A DNA stretch of 64,000 nt. Source: the human T2T-CHM13v2.0 reference genome, Homo sapiens. The stretch lies in the NCBI RefSeq assembly GCF_009914755.1, contig NC_060929.1. One strand, written 5' to 3'. Position numbers and translations under genes: made by a program. A model generated the notes under the pieces. That model did not search any database and was not told the origin of the DNA. It saw only the letters and a program-made list of their open reading frames with translations. Below, piece after piece: positions 40,996-54,200 of this stretch. Numbering within the stretch: the first letter of the stretch is position 1; each line of letters opens with the position of its first letter.

Positions 40996-43071
40996 TTGAG
41001 GTGAGATTTGGGTAGGGACATAGAGCCAAACCATATCATTCTGCCCTTGCCCCTTCTCAAACCGCATGTCTTTTCACATTTCAAAACCAGTCATGCCTTC
41101 CCAACAGTCACCAGAGTCTTAACTCATTTCAGCATTAACTCAAAAATCCACAGTTGAAAGTCTCATCTTAGGTAAAGCAAGTCCCTTCTGCCTATGAGCC
41201 TGTAAAATCAAAAGCAAGTTAGTTAGTTTCTAGATACAATGCAGGTACAGGCATTGAATAAATGCTCCCATTGCAAATGGGAGAAATTAGCCAAAACAAA
41301 GGGGCTACAGGCTCCATGCAAGTCTGAAATCCAGCAGGGCAGTCAAATCTTAAAGTTCCAGAATGATCTCTTTTGACTCAATGTCTCACATCCAGGTCAC
41401 ACTGATGTAAGATGTGGGCTCCATGGCTTAGGGCAGCTTCACCTTGTAGCTTTACAGGGTACAGCCCCCATCCCAGCTGCTTTCATGGGCTGGTGTTAAG
41501 TGTCTGTGTCTGCAGCCTTTCCAGCTGCATGGTGCAAACTGTCAGTGGATCTACCATTCTGGGTTTGGAGAATGGTGGTCCTCCTCTGAGAGCTCCACTA
41601 TGCAGTGACCCAGTGGGAACTCTGTGTGGGGTTCCCACCCCACATTTCCCTTCCACAATGCCCTAGCATGGGTTCTCCATGGGCTCTGTCTCTGCAGCAC
41701 CCTTCTGCCTGTACATCCAGGTATTTTCATACATCTTGTGAACTCTAGGCTGAAGTTCTCAATTCTTGACTTCTGTGCACCCACTGGCCCAGCACCACGT
41801 GTAAGCTGCCAAAGTTTGGGGCTTGCACACCCACTGAAGCAATGGCCTGAGCTATACATTGGCACATTTTAGCTATGGTTGGGACACACCAAGTCCTGAG
41901 ACTGCACAAAGCAGCAAAGCACTGGGCCCAGCCCATGAAACCATTTTTCCCTCCTAGGCCTCCAAGCCTGTGATGGGAGGGGCTGCCATGAAGACCTCTA
42001 ACATGCCCTGGAGACATTTTCCCCATTGTCTTGGCAATTAACATTTGGCTTCTCATTATTTATGCAAATTTCTGCAGGCAGCTTGAATTTCTCCTCAGAA
42101 AATGAGTTTTTCTTTCCTATTGTATCACCAGGCTGCAAGTTTTCTGAACTTTTATGTTCTGCTTTCCTTTTAAACATATATTCCAATTCTAAACCATATC
42201 TTTGTGAATGCATAAAACATAATTATTTTAAGAACACACAAGTCACCTCTGGAATGCTTTCCTGCTTAGGAATTTCTTCTATCAGATACCCTAAATCATC
42301 TCTCTCAAGTTCAAAGTTCCACAGATCTCTAAGGTAGAGGCAAAATGCTGCCAGTCTCTTTGCTAAAGCATAGCAAGAGTCACCTTTATTCCAGTTCCTA
42401 ACAAGTTCCACATTTCCATCTGAGACCCCCTCAGCCTGGACTTCATTGTCCATATCACTATTAGCATTTTCGTCAAAACTATTCAACAAGTTTCTAGGAA
42501 GTTTGAAACTTTCCCACATTTTTCTGTCTTCTTCTGAGCCCTCCAAACTATTCCAACATCTGCCTGTTACCCAGTTCCAAAGTTGCTTCCACGTTTTTGC
42601 ATATCTTTATAGCAATGCCCCACTCCCAGTACCAATTTACTGTATTAGTCTGTTCTCACACTGCTATGAAGAAATACCTAAGACTGGGTAATTTATAAAG
42701 GAAATATGTTTAACTGACTCACAGCTCTGCATTGCTGGGGAGGCCTCAGGAAACTTACAATCATGGTGGAAGGCAAAGGAGAAGCAGGTGCCTTCTTCAC
42801 AGGTTGGCAGGATGGAGTGAGTGCAAGCAGGAGAAATGGCAGACACTTACAAAACCATAGATCTCATAAGAACTCACTATCACGCCTGTAATCCCAGCAC
42901 TTTGGGAGGCCGAGGTGGGCCTCACTATTACTCATTATCATGAGAACAACATGGGGGAAACCACCCAATGATTCAATTACCTCCACCCAGTCCTGCCCTT
43001 GACACATGGGGATTATGGGGATTAAAATTTTAGGTGAGAATTGGGTGGGGACAGAGAGCCAAACCACATCA
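40996..43071 (-). mobile_element. THE1D-like MaLR provirus: 5'LTR 42641-43071, internal 41039-42640, 43-bp remnant of the 3'LTR
   Basis: LTR text tgtattagtctgttctcacactgctatgaag...gagccaaaccacatca; internal MaLR ORF remnants (MEGSEEDRKMWESFKLPR...DLWNFELERDDLGYL). Confidence 0.92.
42881..42920 (+). mobile_element. 40-bp internal Alu fragment inside the THE1D LTR
   Basis: cacgcctgtaatcccagcactttgggaggccgaggtgggc, flanked by ctcactat repeats. Confidence 0.9.
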
Positions 43072-45694
43072 TAGCTGAATCTGTTCTGGTTTGTAGGGTT
43101 TCAGCTGAGATGTTTGCTAGTAGTCTGATGGGCTTCCCTTTGTAGGTGATCTGAAATTTCTCTCTAGCTGTCTTAAACATTTTTTTCCCATTTCAACCTT
43201 GGAGTATCTGATAATTATGTGTCTTGGGGTTGAACTATAATGTGCCATAAAGAAGACCTTTTTGCATTTTATCTTCCTCAGGATCACTGAGACTCCTGGA
43301 ACTGAAAACTTGGAATGTTTCCAGGTATTATTTCATGAAGTAAATCTCTTGCTAGACTTGGAATGTTTTCATGTATTATTTCATTAAGTAAATTTTCTAA
43401 TACTTTAATTTTTCTCTTTGCCCTCGGGGATACTGATACTTCAAATATTCATTTGCTTTATGTTGTCCCAAATGTCACAAAGTCTTTGCTCAATCTTTTC
43501 TTCATTTTTATGATTGTTTTAAAAGACCTGTCTGCAATTTCTGAAATCCTTTATTCTGCTTGGTCTAGTCTACTGCTGACACTTTCTAATACATTTCTGT
43601 TTCTTTCAATGAATCCTGCATTTCCATAATGAATGTATATTTAGTTCTTTTTAAACATGTCTATCTCTTTGGTAAATTTCTTATTCATATCCTGAATTGT
43701 TTTTGTGAATTATTTGTATTGTATTGCTTTTCAGAATTCCTTTGTATCTCACTGAGCTTTTCTAAAATTAATATTTTGAATTCTTTATCTTGGATTTTGA
43801 AATTTGTTTTTCTTAAAATTTATTGCTAGAGAATTATTGTGTTCCTTCGGAAGTGTATTTTTAATTTTTAATTTTTTAATTTTATTTTTTATTTATTTAT
43901 TTGCTGTTTCATGTTTCTTATGTCCTTACATTGATATCAGCACATCTGGTGCAACAGTCACTTCTTCCTATTTTTGATTGCTTTCATAGAGGAGAACTTT
44001 TTACTGAAGATAAACCTATGGTATTGGTTGGGTAGGGCACTTTCACTATGATTCTGAGTATCTACAGTAGTGTAGTCTTTGTATGATTTCTTTGGCTGTA
44101 AAGATTTCCTCTATGTGTTAGAGGATGGTTATTAGTGGAGACTGTGCTGAAGTTGTGCTGGGGACTGGGATGCCAGGTGGACCAGTCTCCAAGCCCCAGT
44201 GGTGGCAGTGGTTAAGTTGAACATGACTATCCTTGTGTCCCAGGGCAGTTTATGCTGGCACCAGTGTTGATGGTTACTGGTGGGGCAATTCTTGGGGTTC
44301 CAGGTGGCTTGCTTGAATTCGATTTGTCGCAGTGGTGAACCAGGTGGGTGGGTGGGTTCTTGGGCCCCTGGGCAGCCAGGGTCGTATGAGCAATAGCAGT
44401 AGCAGTGGCAGGATAATTCTCTGGGTCCTGAGCAGTGTGTGTTGATGTTCTCAGCCCCAGCTGCAGGAATTCCTGGCCCAGCTTGCAGGTAAATTCCAGC
44501 GGCAAGTTGTGCCCTGCTCATGTCCTGGTCTCAGTCCCATTGGTGCTTACTTCCCAGCCCCAGCAGCTGTAACCCATGCCTTGCTTACTTCTCAGCCCTG
44601 CCTGCATGAGTGCTCCCATCTTGTGCACCAGTTTCAGCAGCAACATTCCAAGTTTCCCTAACACCTCAGACCTGGCTCTGCTGGGCCCTAGGACAGTGTA
44701 CAGTTGGCCAAGTGCTGAGTTTGAAAATGGCACTTTGCTGTAGCTGCTTAGGTCTCAGAAAGGGTGTGGGACCTAGCATGAGCTCCCTCCCTCGTAGCAG
44801 TTCCCTGTGTTAGTTTCAGACTTGGCAGGACCAAAGGGTTCTCCTGTGGCCAGGATTGCACAATTTTAATGTGGGGATGTGGGCCACTGGAAATCTCTCG
44901 CTTACCTTTTTCCCACATTGGGAACTTATTCTTAGATCCCAGCCAAGCAGACTGCCTCTCTTCCTTCTCTTTCCTTGCTTTTCACGTTTTCTGTCACCTT
45001 TCTGTTGAATTTCATTGTTCTCTCTTGGATAATGTATTTTAGGTGTGCTTTCCTATATGCTATTTTCATTCTTCTAAGAGGAGAAGGCAGGCATAAAATG
45101 CTTCTAGTTAGTCATCTTGAAGCCCCTCTCTATTCTGAAGTTTATAGGATAGAAGTCTTGCATGCCATTTTTTCAATTTATTCCTAAGTATTTTATATTT
45201 ATATTTAACGCCACTATAAATAAAATGGCTTTTTAATATCTGATGTTTTGCTTTTACTATATAAACAAATTATTGATTTTCATATATTATCCTGGTATCC
45301 TGCTACTTGCTACAATCACTTATTTCTTGTACTGTAGTTGGTTTTTATACTGTTTAGAACTTTCAATGTAAGGAATTACTTCAATTCTGGAGAGATAGTA
45401 TTATTTCTAATTTTTATACTTTTTATTTTTTTAAAAAATTATTGAAACATTTAGGACCCTCTAGGATGTTAAATAGAGGCTAAATTTAATGTTAAATAGA
45501 AGTGGTTAGAATGAACATTTTTCTGTTTTTCCTGGTTTGAAGGAATGTGCCTAATAGTTCAGTAAAGGATAAAGTTAGTTGTAGATTTTTCATAAATTCC
45601 CTTTATAAGAATGAGAGTTTTCTTCTATTCTTGATTTGCTTGGAATTTTTGTAATGAATAGATTTTTAATCTTGTCAAATGCTTTCTTCATTTG

Positions 45695-46101
45695 CAGATG
45701 CTCCTTGACTTACGATGGTGTGCCGTCCCAATAAACCCTTCAAAAAGTAAATAAGGCTGGGTGCAGTGGCTCACACCTGGAATCCCAGCACTTTGGGAGG
45801 ATGAGGCAGACGGATCACCTGAGGTCAGGAGCTCAAGACCAGACTGGCCAACATGGTGAAACCCCGTGCCTACTAAAAATACAAAAAGTAGCCGGGGTTG
45901 GTGGCGTGCACCTGTAGTCCCAGCTACTTGGGGAGGCTGAGGCAGAATTGCTTGAACCCAGGAGGCGGGGGTTGCAATAAGCCGAGATTGTGCCACTACA
46001 CTTCAGCCTGGGAAACAGAGCGAGACTCTGTCTCAAAAAAAAAAAAAAAAAAAAAAGTAAATAAATTGTCATGTAAGGCACCGTTAGTTAGGGTCCATCT
46101 G
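45695..46101. mobile_element. Tigger4/MER46-like short MITE split by an Alu
   Basis: cagatgctccttgacttacgatgg ... gttagggtccatctg followed by TA. Confidence 0.7.
45755..46051 (+). mobile_element. AluSx-like
   Basis: Full dimer; perfect TSD aaaaagtaaataa at 45742-45754 and 46052-46064. Confidence 0.96.
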
Positions 46102-46323
46102 TATTTGAAAGCATCAAAATTTTCCCCTTTATTCTGTTTCTATAATGAATTACATAGAATGATTTTAGAATGGTAAAGCAACCTTCAATCTTTCAAAGGG
46201 AATTCTTACTTGGCCATGATGTATTATCATTATAATATGTTGCTGGATTCAATTTGCTAGTATTTATGAAATATTTGTTTTCATTTCTGAAGGAATGAAA
46301 TTATCTGTAATTTTCTATGTCTT

Positions 46324-46460
46324 GTTTTTATTTTTATTTTTATTAGAGATAAGTTCTCAGTACAGAGCCCAGGCTGGTCTCAAACTCTTGGACTCAAGCA
46401 ATCCTCCTGCCTCAGTCTCCCAAAATACTAGGGTTATAGGTGTGAGCCACCATGCCCAGC
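46324..46460 (-). mobile_element. FLAM-type Alu monomer
   Basis: Single monomer; perfect 18-bp TSD tgtaattttctatgtctt at 46306-46323 and 46461-46478. Confidence 0.9.
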
Positions 46461-47326
46461 TGTAATTTTCTATGTCTTTTGCAGTTTTTTTTTTTTTTTA
46501 AGAGTTTTTCTGGTCATTGAAAATGAGTTGTAAATAGTACTTCCTTCTTTGTTTTCTGAAAGATTTTTTGTAAATATTGTGTTGTTTCTTCACTAAATAT
46601 TTGAAAGAATTTTCAAATGAAGCTATCTGGTCCTAGAGATTTTTGTGGTACTGTTTTTTATACTAAGTTTAGTTTCTTTAGTAGATGTAAGGCTATTCGG
46701 CTTTGGTTCATCTTTGTCAGTTTGGTTAAATTTTATTTTTCAAGGAATTAGTCAATTTCATCTGGGTGGTTGAATTTGTTAGCATGGATTTGTTTACATT
46801 ACTTTATTGGCCTTTATATGTCTGTAGAATCTTTCATTCATGATGTTGGTAATTAGTTTTCTCCCTTTTTTTTGACCAGTCTAGTTTTGTTGCATTTGTT
46901 GATCTTTTAGCAAACCATATTTTGCTTTTTAATTTTCTCTATTGCTTTTCTCTTTTTCCTTTTATTGATTTCTTCTTTTAGTTTTAGTAGTTTCTTTTTT
47001 TTTTCTACTTACTTTGGGTTTGCTTTGTTCTTCTTTTTCTAGCTTCTTAAAATAGAAACTTAGTTCATTTGTTTTGTGCCGTTATAAAAACATAAGCATT
47101 TAAACCTTTACATTTTACTCTACTTTGCATCACTTAAATTTTAATATGTTGTACTTTATTACCTTTCACTTGCAATTTTTTTCCCTCTTGTTATTTCTTT
47201 CTTGACCCACAGGTCGAATTTCCAAATGTTTACTTAATTGTTGTTAATTTTTATTTAAATTTCACTATGGTCAGAAAATATTCTCTATATGATGTCAATC
47301 CTTCACAATTTACTGATATGTGATTT

Positions 47327-47767
47327 TTAGTTAAACTTTTATTTTAGGATCGGGGTACATGTGCATGTTTGTTGTGTAGGTAAACTTGTGTCACAGGGGT
47401 TTGTTGAACAGATTATTTTGTTACCCATGTATTAAGCCTACTACACAATAATTATTTTTTTCTGATCCTCTGCCGCCTCCCACACTCCACCCTCAAGTCT
47501 GTTGTTTCCTTCTTTGTTCCTATTGTTTCTCTTTGTGTCTATGAGTTCTCATCATTTATCTCCCACTTATAAGTGAGAACATGCAGTATTTGGTTCTCTG
47601 TTCCTGCATTAGTTTGCTAAGGGTGATGGCCTCCAGCTCCATCTGTGTTCCTGCAAAAGGCATGAGCTCATTCTTTTTTAAGGGTGCACAGTATTCCATG
47701 GTTATATTTACCACATTTTTATGATCCAATCTGTTATTGATGGGCATGTAGGTTGATTCCATGTCTT
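47327..47767 (-). mobile_element. L1PA13-16-like 3' fragment
   Basis: 3'UTR plus ORF2 end (ELEAITLSKLMQEQRTKYCMFSLISG); degenerate TSD tgatatgtgattt / tgagatgtgtttt. Confidence 0.88.
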
Positions 47768-48232
47768 TGAGATGTGTTTTCTTGCCAAGAATATAGTCTT
47801 TATTGGTGAATGTACCATGCGCACTTAAAAAGAATATGCATTCTGCAGTTGTGGGATGTAACACTACAAAAAATTAGTCCAAGGTGTTTGGTAGTTATTC
47901 AACTATTTTTATTCTTTTAAACTATTTTTAAACTATTCTTTACTGATTTTTGCTCATTTTCTCTATCACTTATTAAAAGAGAGGAGTTAAAATCTCTATG
48001 ATTGTGAAATTAATAGCTCCTTCTTTACATCTGTCAGTTGTTGCTTTATATATTTTGAAGCTCTGTCAGTTGACACATATTCATTTGATGGCTGTGTCTT
48101 CCTGACTGATTGAACTTTTTAATCATTATCAATTCCTCTTTACCTCTGGTGATATCTTTGTTTTGAAATATTTTAATTCTGGTATTCAGGTACTGTCTGC
48201 AGGGTTTTCTTCGTGATAAATTCCAGCTAACT

Positions 48233-48746
48233 CAGTGGTCCCCAACATTTTTGGCACCAGGGACCTGAGACTGAGGTAGGCGGCCCAGGGTATGGTTTCA
48301 GGGTGATTCAAGTGCATTACATTTATTATGCACTTTATTTCTATCATTATTACGTAATGTAATATATAATTAAATAACTATAGAACTCGCCATAATGTAG
48401 AATCAGTGGAAGCCCTGAGCTTGTTTTCCTGAAACTAGATGGTCCCATCTGGGGGTGATAGGAGACAGTGATGGATTATCAGGCATTAGATTCTCATAAG
48501 GAGTGCACAACCTAGCTCTCTGGCATGCACAGTTCACAATAGAGTTTGTACTCCTATGAGAATCTGATGCCGCCATCGATCTGAGAGGAGGTGGAGCTCA
48601 GGTAGTTATGTGTGTGATGGGGAGCAGCTGTAAACACAGATGAAGCTTTGCTTGCTCACCTGCCACTCACTTCCTCCTGCACAGCCTGGTTCCTAACAGA
48701 CCACAGACTGGTACGATCTCTGTGGCCAGGGGGTTGCGGATGCCTG
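48233..48746. mobile_element. MER1A hAT-Charlie DNA transposon
   Basis: cagtggtccccaacatttttggcaccagggacc ... gggggttgcggatgcctg; 8-bp TSD agctaact/aactaacc. Confidence 0.9.
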
Positions 48747-49010
48747 AACTAACCTGTGTCTTTATATTTAATGTGCCTGTTATACATATTATGCAGTTGG
48801 ATTTTTTCTTTTTATGACAATCTCTGCTTGTAATTAGGATCTTTATTCTATTAATATTTAATGTAATTATATGGCTGGATTTAGATCTTTCATTTTTTGT
48901 TTTCTATTTATTCCTCTTTTATTTACTTTTTTTTTTAGCCTCTGTCCTTTCTATTCTGTTTTATTTGGAATTACCTGAACAATTTCTAAATTTGATTTTA
49001 TCCGTTAGCT

Positions 49011-49770
49011 TTTTTTTCCTTTTTTTTTTAAATTTTACCTTAAGTTCTGGGATACATGTGCACAACGGGCAGCTTTCTTACATACGTATACATGTGCCAT
49101 GTTGGTGTGCTGCACCCATTAGCTCATCATTTACATTAGTTATATCTCCTAATGCTATCCCTCCCCCATCCCCCCACCCCACTACAGGCCCCGGTGTGTG
49201 ATGTTCCCCACCCTGTGTCCAAGTGTTCTCATTGTTCAATTCCCACCTATGAGTGAGAACATGTGGTGTTTGGTTTTCTGTCCTTGTGATAGTTTGCTGA
49301 GAATGATGGTTTCCAGCTTCATCCACGTCCCTACAAAGGACATGAACTCATCCATTTTTATGGCTGCATAGTATTCCATGGTGTATATGTGCCACATTTT
49401 CTTAATCCAGTCTATCATTGATGGGCTTTTGGGTTGGTTCCAAGTCTTTGCTATTGTGAATAGTGCTGCAATAAACATATGTGTGCATATGTCTTTATAG
49501 CAGCATGATTTATAATCCTTTGGGTATATACCCAGTAATGGGATGGCTGGGTCAAATGGTATTTGTAGTTCTAGATCCTTGAGGAATCTCCACACTGCTT
49601 TCCACAATGGTTGAACTAGTTTACAGTCCCACCAACAGTGTAAAAGTGTTCCTATTTCTCCACATCCTCTCCAGCATCTGTTGTTTCCTGACTTTTTAAT
49701 GATCGCCATTCCAACTGGTGTGAGATGGTATCTCATTGTGGTTTTGATTTGCATTTCTCTGATGGCCAGT
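49011..49770 (-). mobile_element. L1PA5-like 3' fragment with open ORF2 C-terminus
   Basis: ORF 49236-49754 ([14 protein letters not shown]...[26 protein letters not shown]...) is the L1 ORF2 cysteine-rich C-terminal region. Confidence 0.93.
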
Positions 49771-50894
49771 ACCCATCATCTAGGTTTTAAGCCCCACATG
49801 CACTAGGTATTTGTCCTAATGCTCTCCTTCCCCTTGTCCCCCATCCCCTGATGGGACACGGTGTGTGATGTTCCCCTCCCTGTGGCCATGTGTTCTTATC
49901 GTTCAGCTCCTACTTATGAGTGAGAACATGCAGTGTTTGGTTTTCTGTTCCTGTGCTAGTTTGCTGAGAATGATGGTTTCCGGCTTCATCCATGTCCCTG
50001 CAAAGGACATGAACTCATCCTTTTTATGGCTGCATAGTATTCCATGGTGTATATGTGCCATATTTTCTTAATCCAGTCTATCATTGATGGGCTTTTGGGT
50101 TGGTTCCAAGTCTTTGCTGTTGTGAATAGTGCTGCAATGAACATATGTGTGCATGTGTCCTTATAGTAGAATGATTTATAATCCTTTGGGTAAATACCCA
50201 GTAATGGAATTGCTGGGTCAAATGGTATTTCTGGTTCTAGATCCTTGAGGAATCGCCACACTGTCTTCCACAATTATTGAACTAATTTACACTCCCAACA
50301 ACAGTGTAAACATCCTTGCAGGCTTCTGTTGTTTCATGACTTTTTAATGATTGCCATTGTAACTGGCATGAGATGGTATCTCATTGTGGTTTTGATTTGC
50401 ATTTCTCTAATGCAAATCAATTAGATGAATGAGCTTTTTTTCACATGTTTGTTGGCAATATAAATGTCTTCTTTTGAGAAGTGTCTGTTCATATCCTTTG
50501 CCCAGTTTTTGATGGAGTTATTTTTTTTCTTGTAAATTTGTTTAAATTCCTTGTAGATTCTGGATATTAGACCTTTGTCAGATGGATAGGTTGCAAAAAT
50601 TTTCTCCTGTTCTGTAGGTTGCCTGTTCACTCTAACAATAGTTTCTTTTGCTGTGCAGAAGCTCTTTAGTTTAATTAGCTCCAATTTGTCAATTTTGGCT
50701 TCTGTTGCCATTGCTTTGGGTGTTTTAGTCTTGAAGCCTTTGACCATGCCTATGTACCGAAGGGTATTGCCTAGGTTTTCTTCTAGGGTTTTTATGGTTT
50801 TAGGTCTTATGTTTAAGTCTTTAATCCATCTTGAGTTAATTTTTGTATAACGTGTAAGGAAGGGGTCCAGTTTCAGTTTTCTGCAAATGGCTAG

Positions 50895-51201
<307 letters not shown>

Positions 51202-54200
51202 AACAACACCATTTATTAAGGGAATCCTTTCCCCATTGCTTGTTTTTGTCAGGTTTGTCAAAGATCAGATGGTTGTAGATGTGTGGCATTATTTCTGAGG
51301 CCTCTCTTCTGTTCCATTGGTCTATGTATCTGTTTTGGTACCAGTACCATGCTGTTTTTGTAACTGTAGCCTTGTAGTATAGTTTGAAGTCAGGTGGCAT
51401 GATGCCTCCAGCTTTGTTCTTTTTGCTTAGGATTGTCTTGGCTATACTGGCTCTTTCTTGGTTCCATTTAAAGATGCTTTTTCTAATTCTGTGAAGGGAG
51501 TCAATGGTGGCTTGATGGGGATAGCATTGAATCTACAAATTACTTTGGACAGAATGGCCATTTTCATGATATTGATTCTTTCTATCCATGAGCACGCAAT
51601 GTTTTTCCATTTGTTTGTGTCCTCTCTTATTTCCTTGATCAGTGGTTTGTAGTTCTCCTTGAAGAAGTCCTTCACATCCCTTGTAAATTTTATTCCTAAG
51701 TATTTTATTCCCTTTGTAGCAATTGTGAATGGAAGTTCACTCATGATTTGGCTCTATGATTGTCTATTATTTGTGTATAGGAATGCTCGTGATTCTTTCA
51801 CATTGATTTGTATCCTGAGATTTGCTGAAGTTGCTTATCAGCATAAGGAGTTTTGGGACTGAGATGATGGGGTTTTCTAAATATACAATCATGTCATCTG
51901 CAAACAGAGACAATTTGACTTCCTCTCTTTGTATTTGAATACTTTTTATTTCTTTCTCTTGCCTGATTCCCCTGGCCAGAACTTCCAATACTATATTGAA
52001 TAGGAGTGGTGAGAGAAGGCATCCTTGTCTTGTGCTGGTTTTCAAAGGGAATGCTTCCATCTTTTGCCCATTCAGTATGATATTGGCTATGGGTTTGTCA
52101 TAAATAGGTCTTTGAGATATGTTCCATCAGTACTTAGTTTATTGAGAGTCTTTAGCATGAAGTGGTGTTGAATTTTATCGAGGGCCTTTTCTGCATCTAT
52201 TGAGATAATCATGTGGTTTTTGTCATTGGTTCTCTTCATATGATGGATTACATTTATTGATTTGCTGATGTTGAACCAGCCTTGCATTCCAGAGATGAAA
52301 CTGACTTGATCGTGGTGGATAAGCTTTTTGATGTGCTGCTGGATTCAGTTTGCCAGTATTTTATTGAGGATTTTCCAATCTATGCTCATCAGGGATACTG
52401 GCCTGAAATTTTCTTTTTTTCTTGTGTCTCTGCCAGGTTTTGGTATCAGGATGATGCTGGCCTCATAAAATGAGTTAAGGAGGAGTCCCCCTCTTTTCCT
52501 ATTGTTTGGAATAGTTTCAGAAGAAATGGTTCCAGCTCCTCTTTGTACCTCTGGTAGTATTTGGCTGTGAATCTGTCTGGTCCTGGGGTTTTTTTGGTTG
52601 GGAGGCTATTAATTACTGCCTTAGTTTCAGAACTTCTATTGGTCTATTCAGGGATTTGACTTCTTCCTGATGTAGTCTTGGGAGGGTGTATGTGTCCAGG
52701 AGTTTATCCACTTCTTCTAGTTTTTCTAGTTTTTTTGTATAGAGGTGTTTATAGTATTCTCTGATGGTAGTTTGCATTTCTGTGGGATCAATGGTGATAT
52801 GCCCTTTATCGTTTTTTATTGTGTCTATTTGATTCTTCTTTCTTTTCTTCTTTGTCTGGTTAGCAGCCTATGTATTTTGTTAATCTTTTCAGAAAACCAG
52901 CTCCTGGATTCATTGGTTTTTTTGAAGGGTTTTTTCTGTTTGTATTTCTTTCAGTTCTGCTCTGGTCTTGGTTATTTCTTATCTTCTGCTAGCTTTTGAA
53001 CGTGTTTGCTCTTGCTTCTCTAGTTCTTATAATTATGATGTTAGGGTGTTGATTTCAGATCTTTCTCGCTTTCTGATGTGGGCATTTATTGCTATAAATT
53101 TCCCTTTTAACACAGCTTTAGCTGTGTCCCAGAGATTCTTGTATGTTGTCTCTTTGTTCTTACTGGTTTCAAAGAACTTCTTTATGTCTGCCTTCATTTC
53201 CTTATTTACCCAGTAGTCATTTAGGAACAGGTTGTTCAGTTTCCATGTAGTTGTGTGGTTTTGAGTGAGCTTCTTAATCCTGAGTTCTAATTTGATTGCT
53301 CTGTGGTCTGAGAGACTGTTTTTTTATAATTTCCATTCTTTTGCATTTGCTGAAGAGTGTTTTACATCCAATTATGTTGTCAATTTTAGAATAAGTGCTA
53401 TGTGGTACTGAGAAGAATGTATATTCTGTTGATTTGGGGTGGAGAGTTGTATAGATGTCTATTAGGTCCACTTGGTCCAGAGCTGAGTTCCAGTTGAATA
53501 TCCTTGTTAATTTTCTGTCTCGTTGATCTGTCTAATATTGACAGTGGAGTGTTAAAGACTCCCACTATTATTGTGTGGGAGTCTAAGTCTCTTTGTAGGT
53601 CTCTACGAACTTATTTTATGAAACTGGGTGCCCCTGTGTTGGGTACATATGTATTTAAGATAGTTAGCTCTTCTTGTTACATTGATCTCTTTACCATCAT
53701 GTAATGCCCTTCTTTGTCTTTTTTGGTTTTTGTTGGTTTAAAGTCTGTTTTATCAGAGACTAGGATTGCAACCCCTGCTTTTTTTGCTTTCCATTCACTT
53801 GGTAAATATTCCTCCATCCCTTTATTTTGAGCCTCTGTGTGTCTTTGCACATGAGATAGGTCTCCTGAATACAGCACACCCATGGGTCTTGAATCTTTAT
53901 CCAATTTGCCAGTCTGTGTCTTTTAATTGGGGCATTTAGCCCATTTACATTTAATATTGTTATGTTCAAATTTGATCCTGTCATCCTGATGCTAGCTGGT
54001 TATTTTGCACATTAGTTGAAGCAGTTTCTTTATAGTGTCATTGGTCTTTTTATTTTGGTGTGTTTTGCAGTGGCTGGTATCAGTTTTTCTTTTCCATGTT
54101 CAGTGCTTTCTTCAGGAGCTCTTGTAAGGCAGGCCTGGTGGTGACAAAATCTCTCAGTATTTGCTTATCTGTCAAGGATTTTATTTCTCTTTCACTTATG

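Larger units (their letters stand above)
36889..43234 (-). mobile_element. L1PA13-like LINE, 5'-truncated in ORF1 and split by THE1D
   Basis: 3'UTR tacagattatttcatcacccagggattaagcctagtaccc, ORF2 fragments (e.g. 37703-37951, 38488-38694), ORF1 remnant at 43072-43234. Confidence 0.88.

Noticed and set aside
41412-42846. Dense overlapping ORFs on both strands
   Set aside because: THE1 internal region and LTR; the fragmented MaLR ORF remnant and higher GC content explain them.
44132-44813. GC-richer ORF cluster resembling a promoter or exon
   Set aside because: Lies in the 5'UTR of the full-length L1MA and is CpG-depleted.
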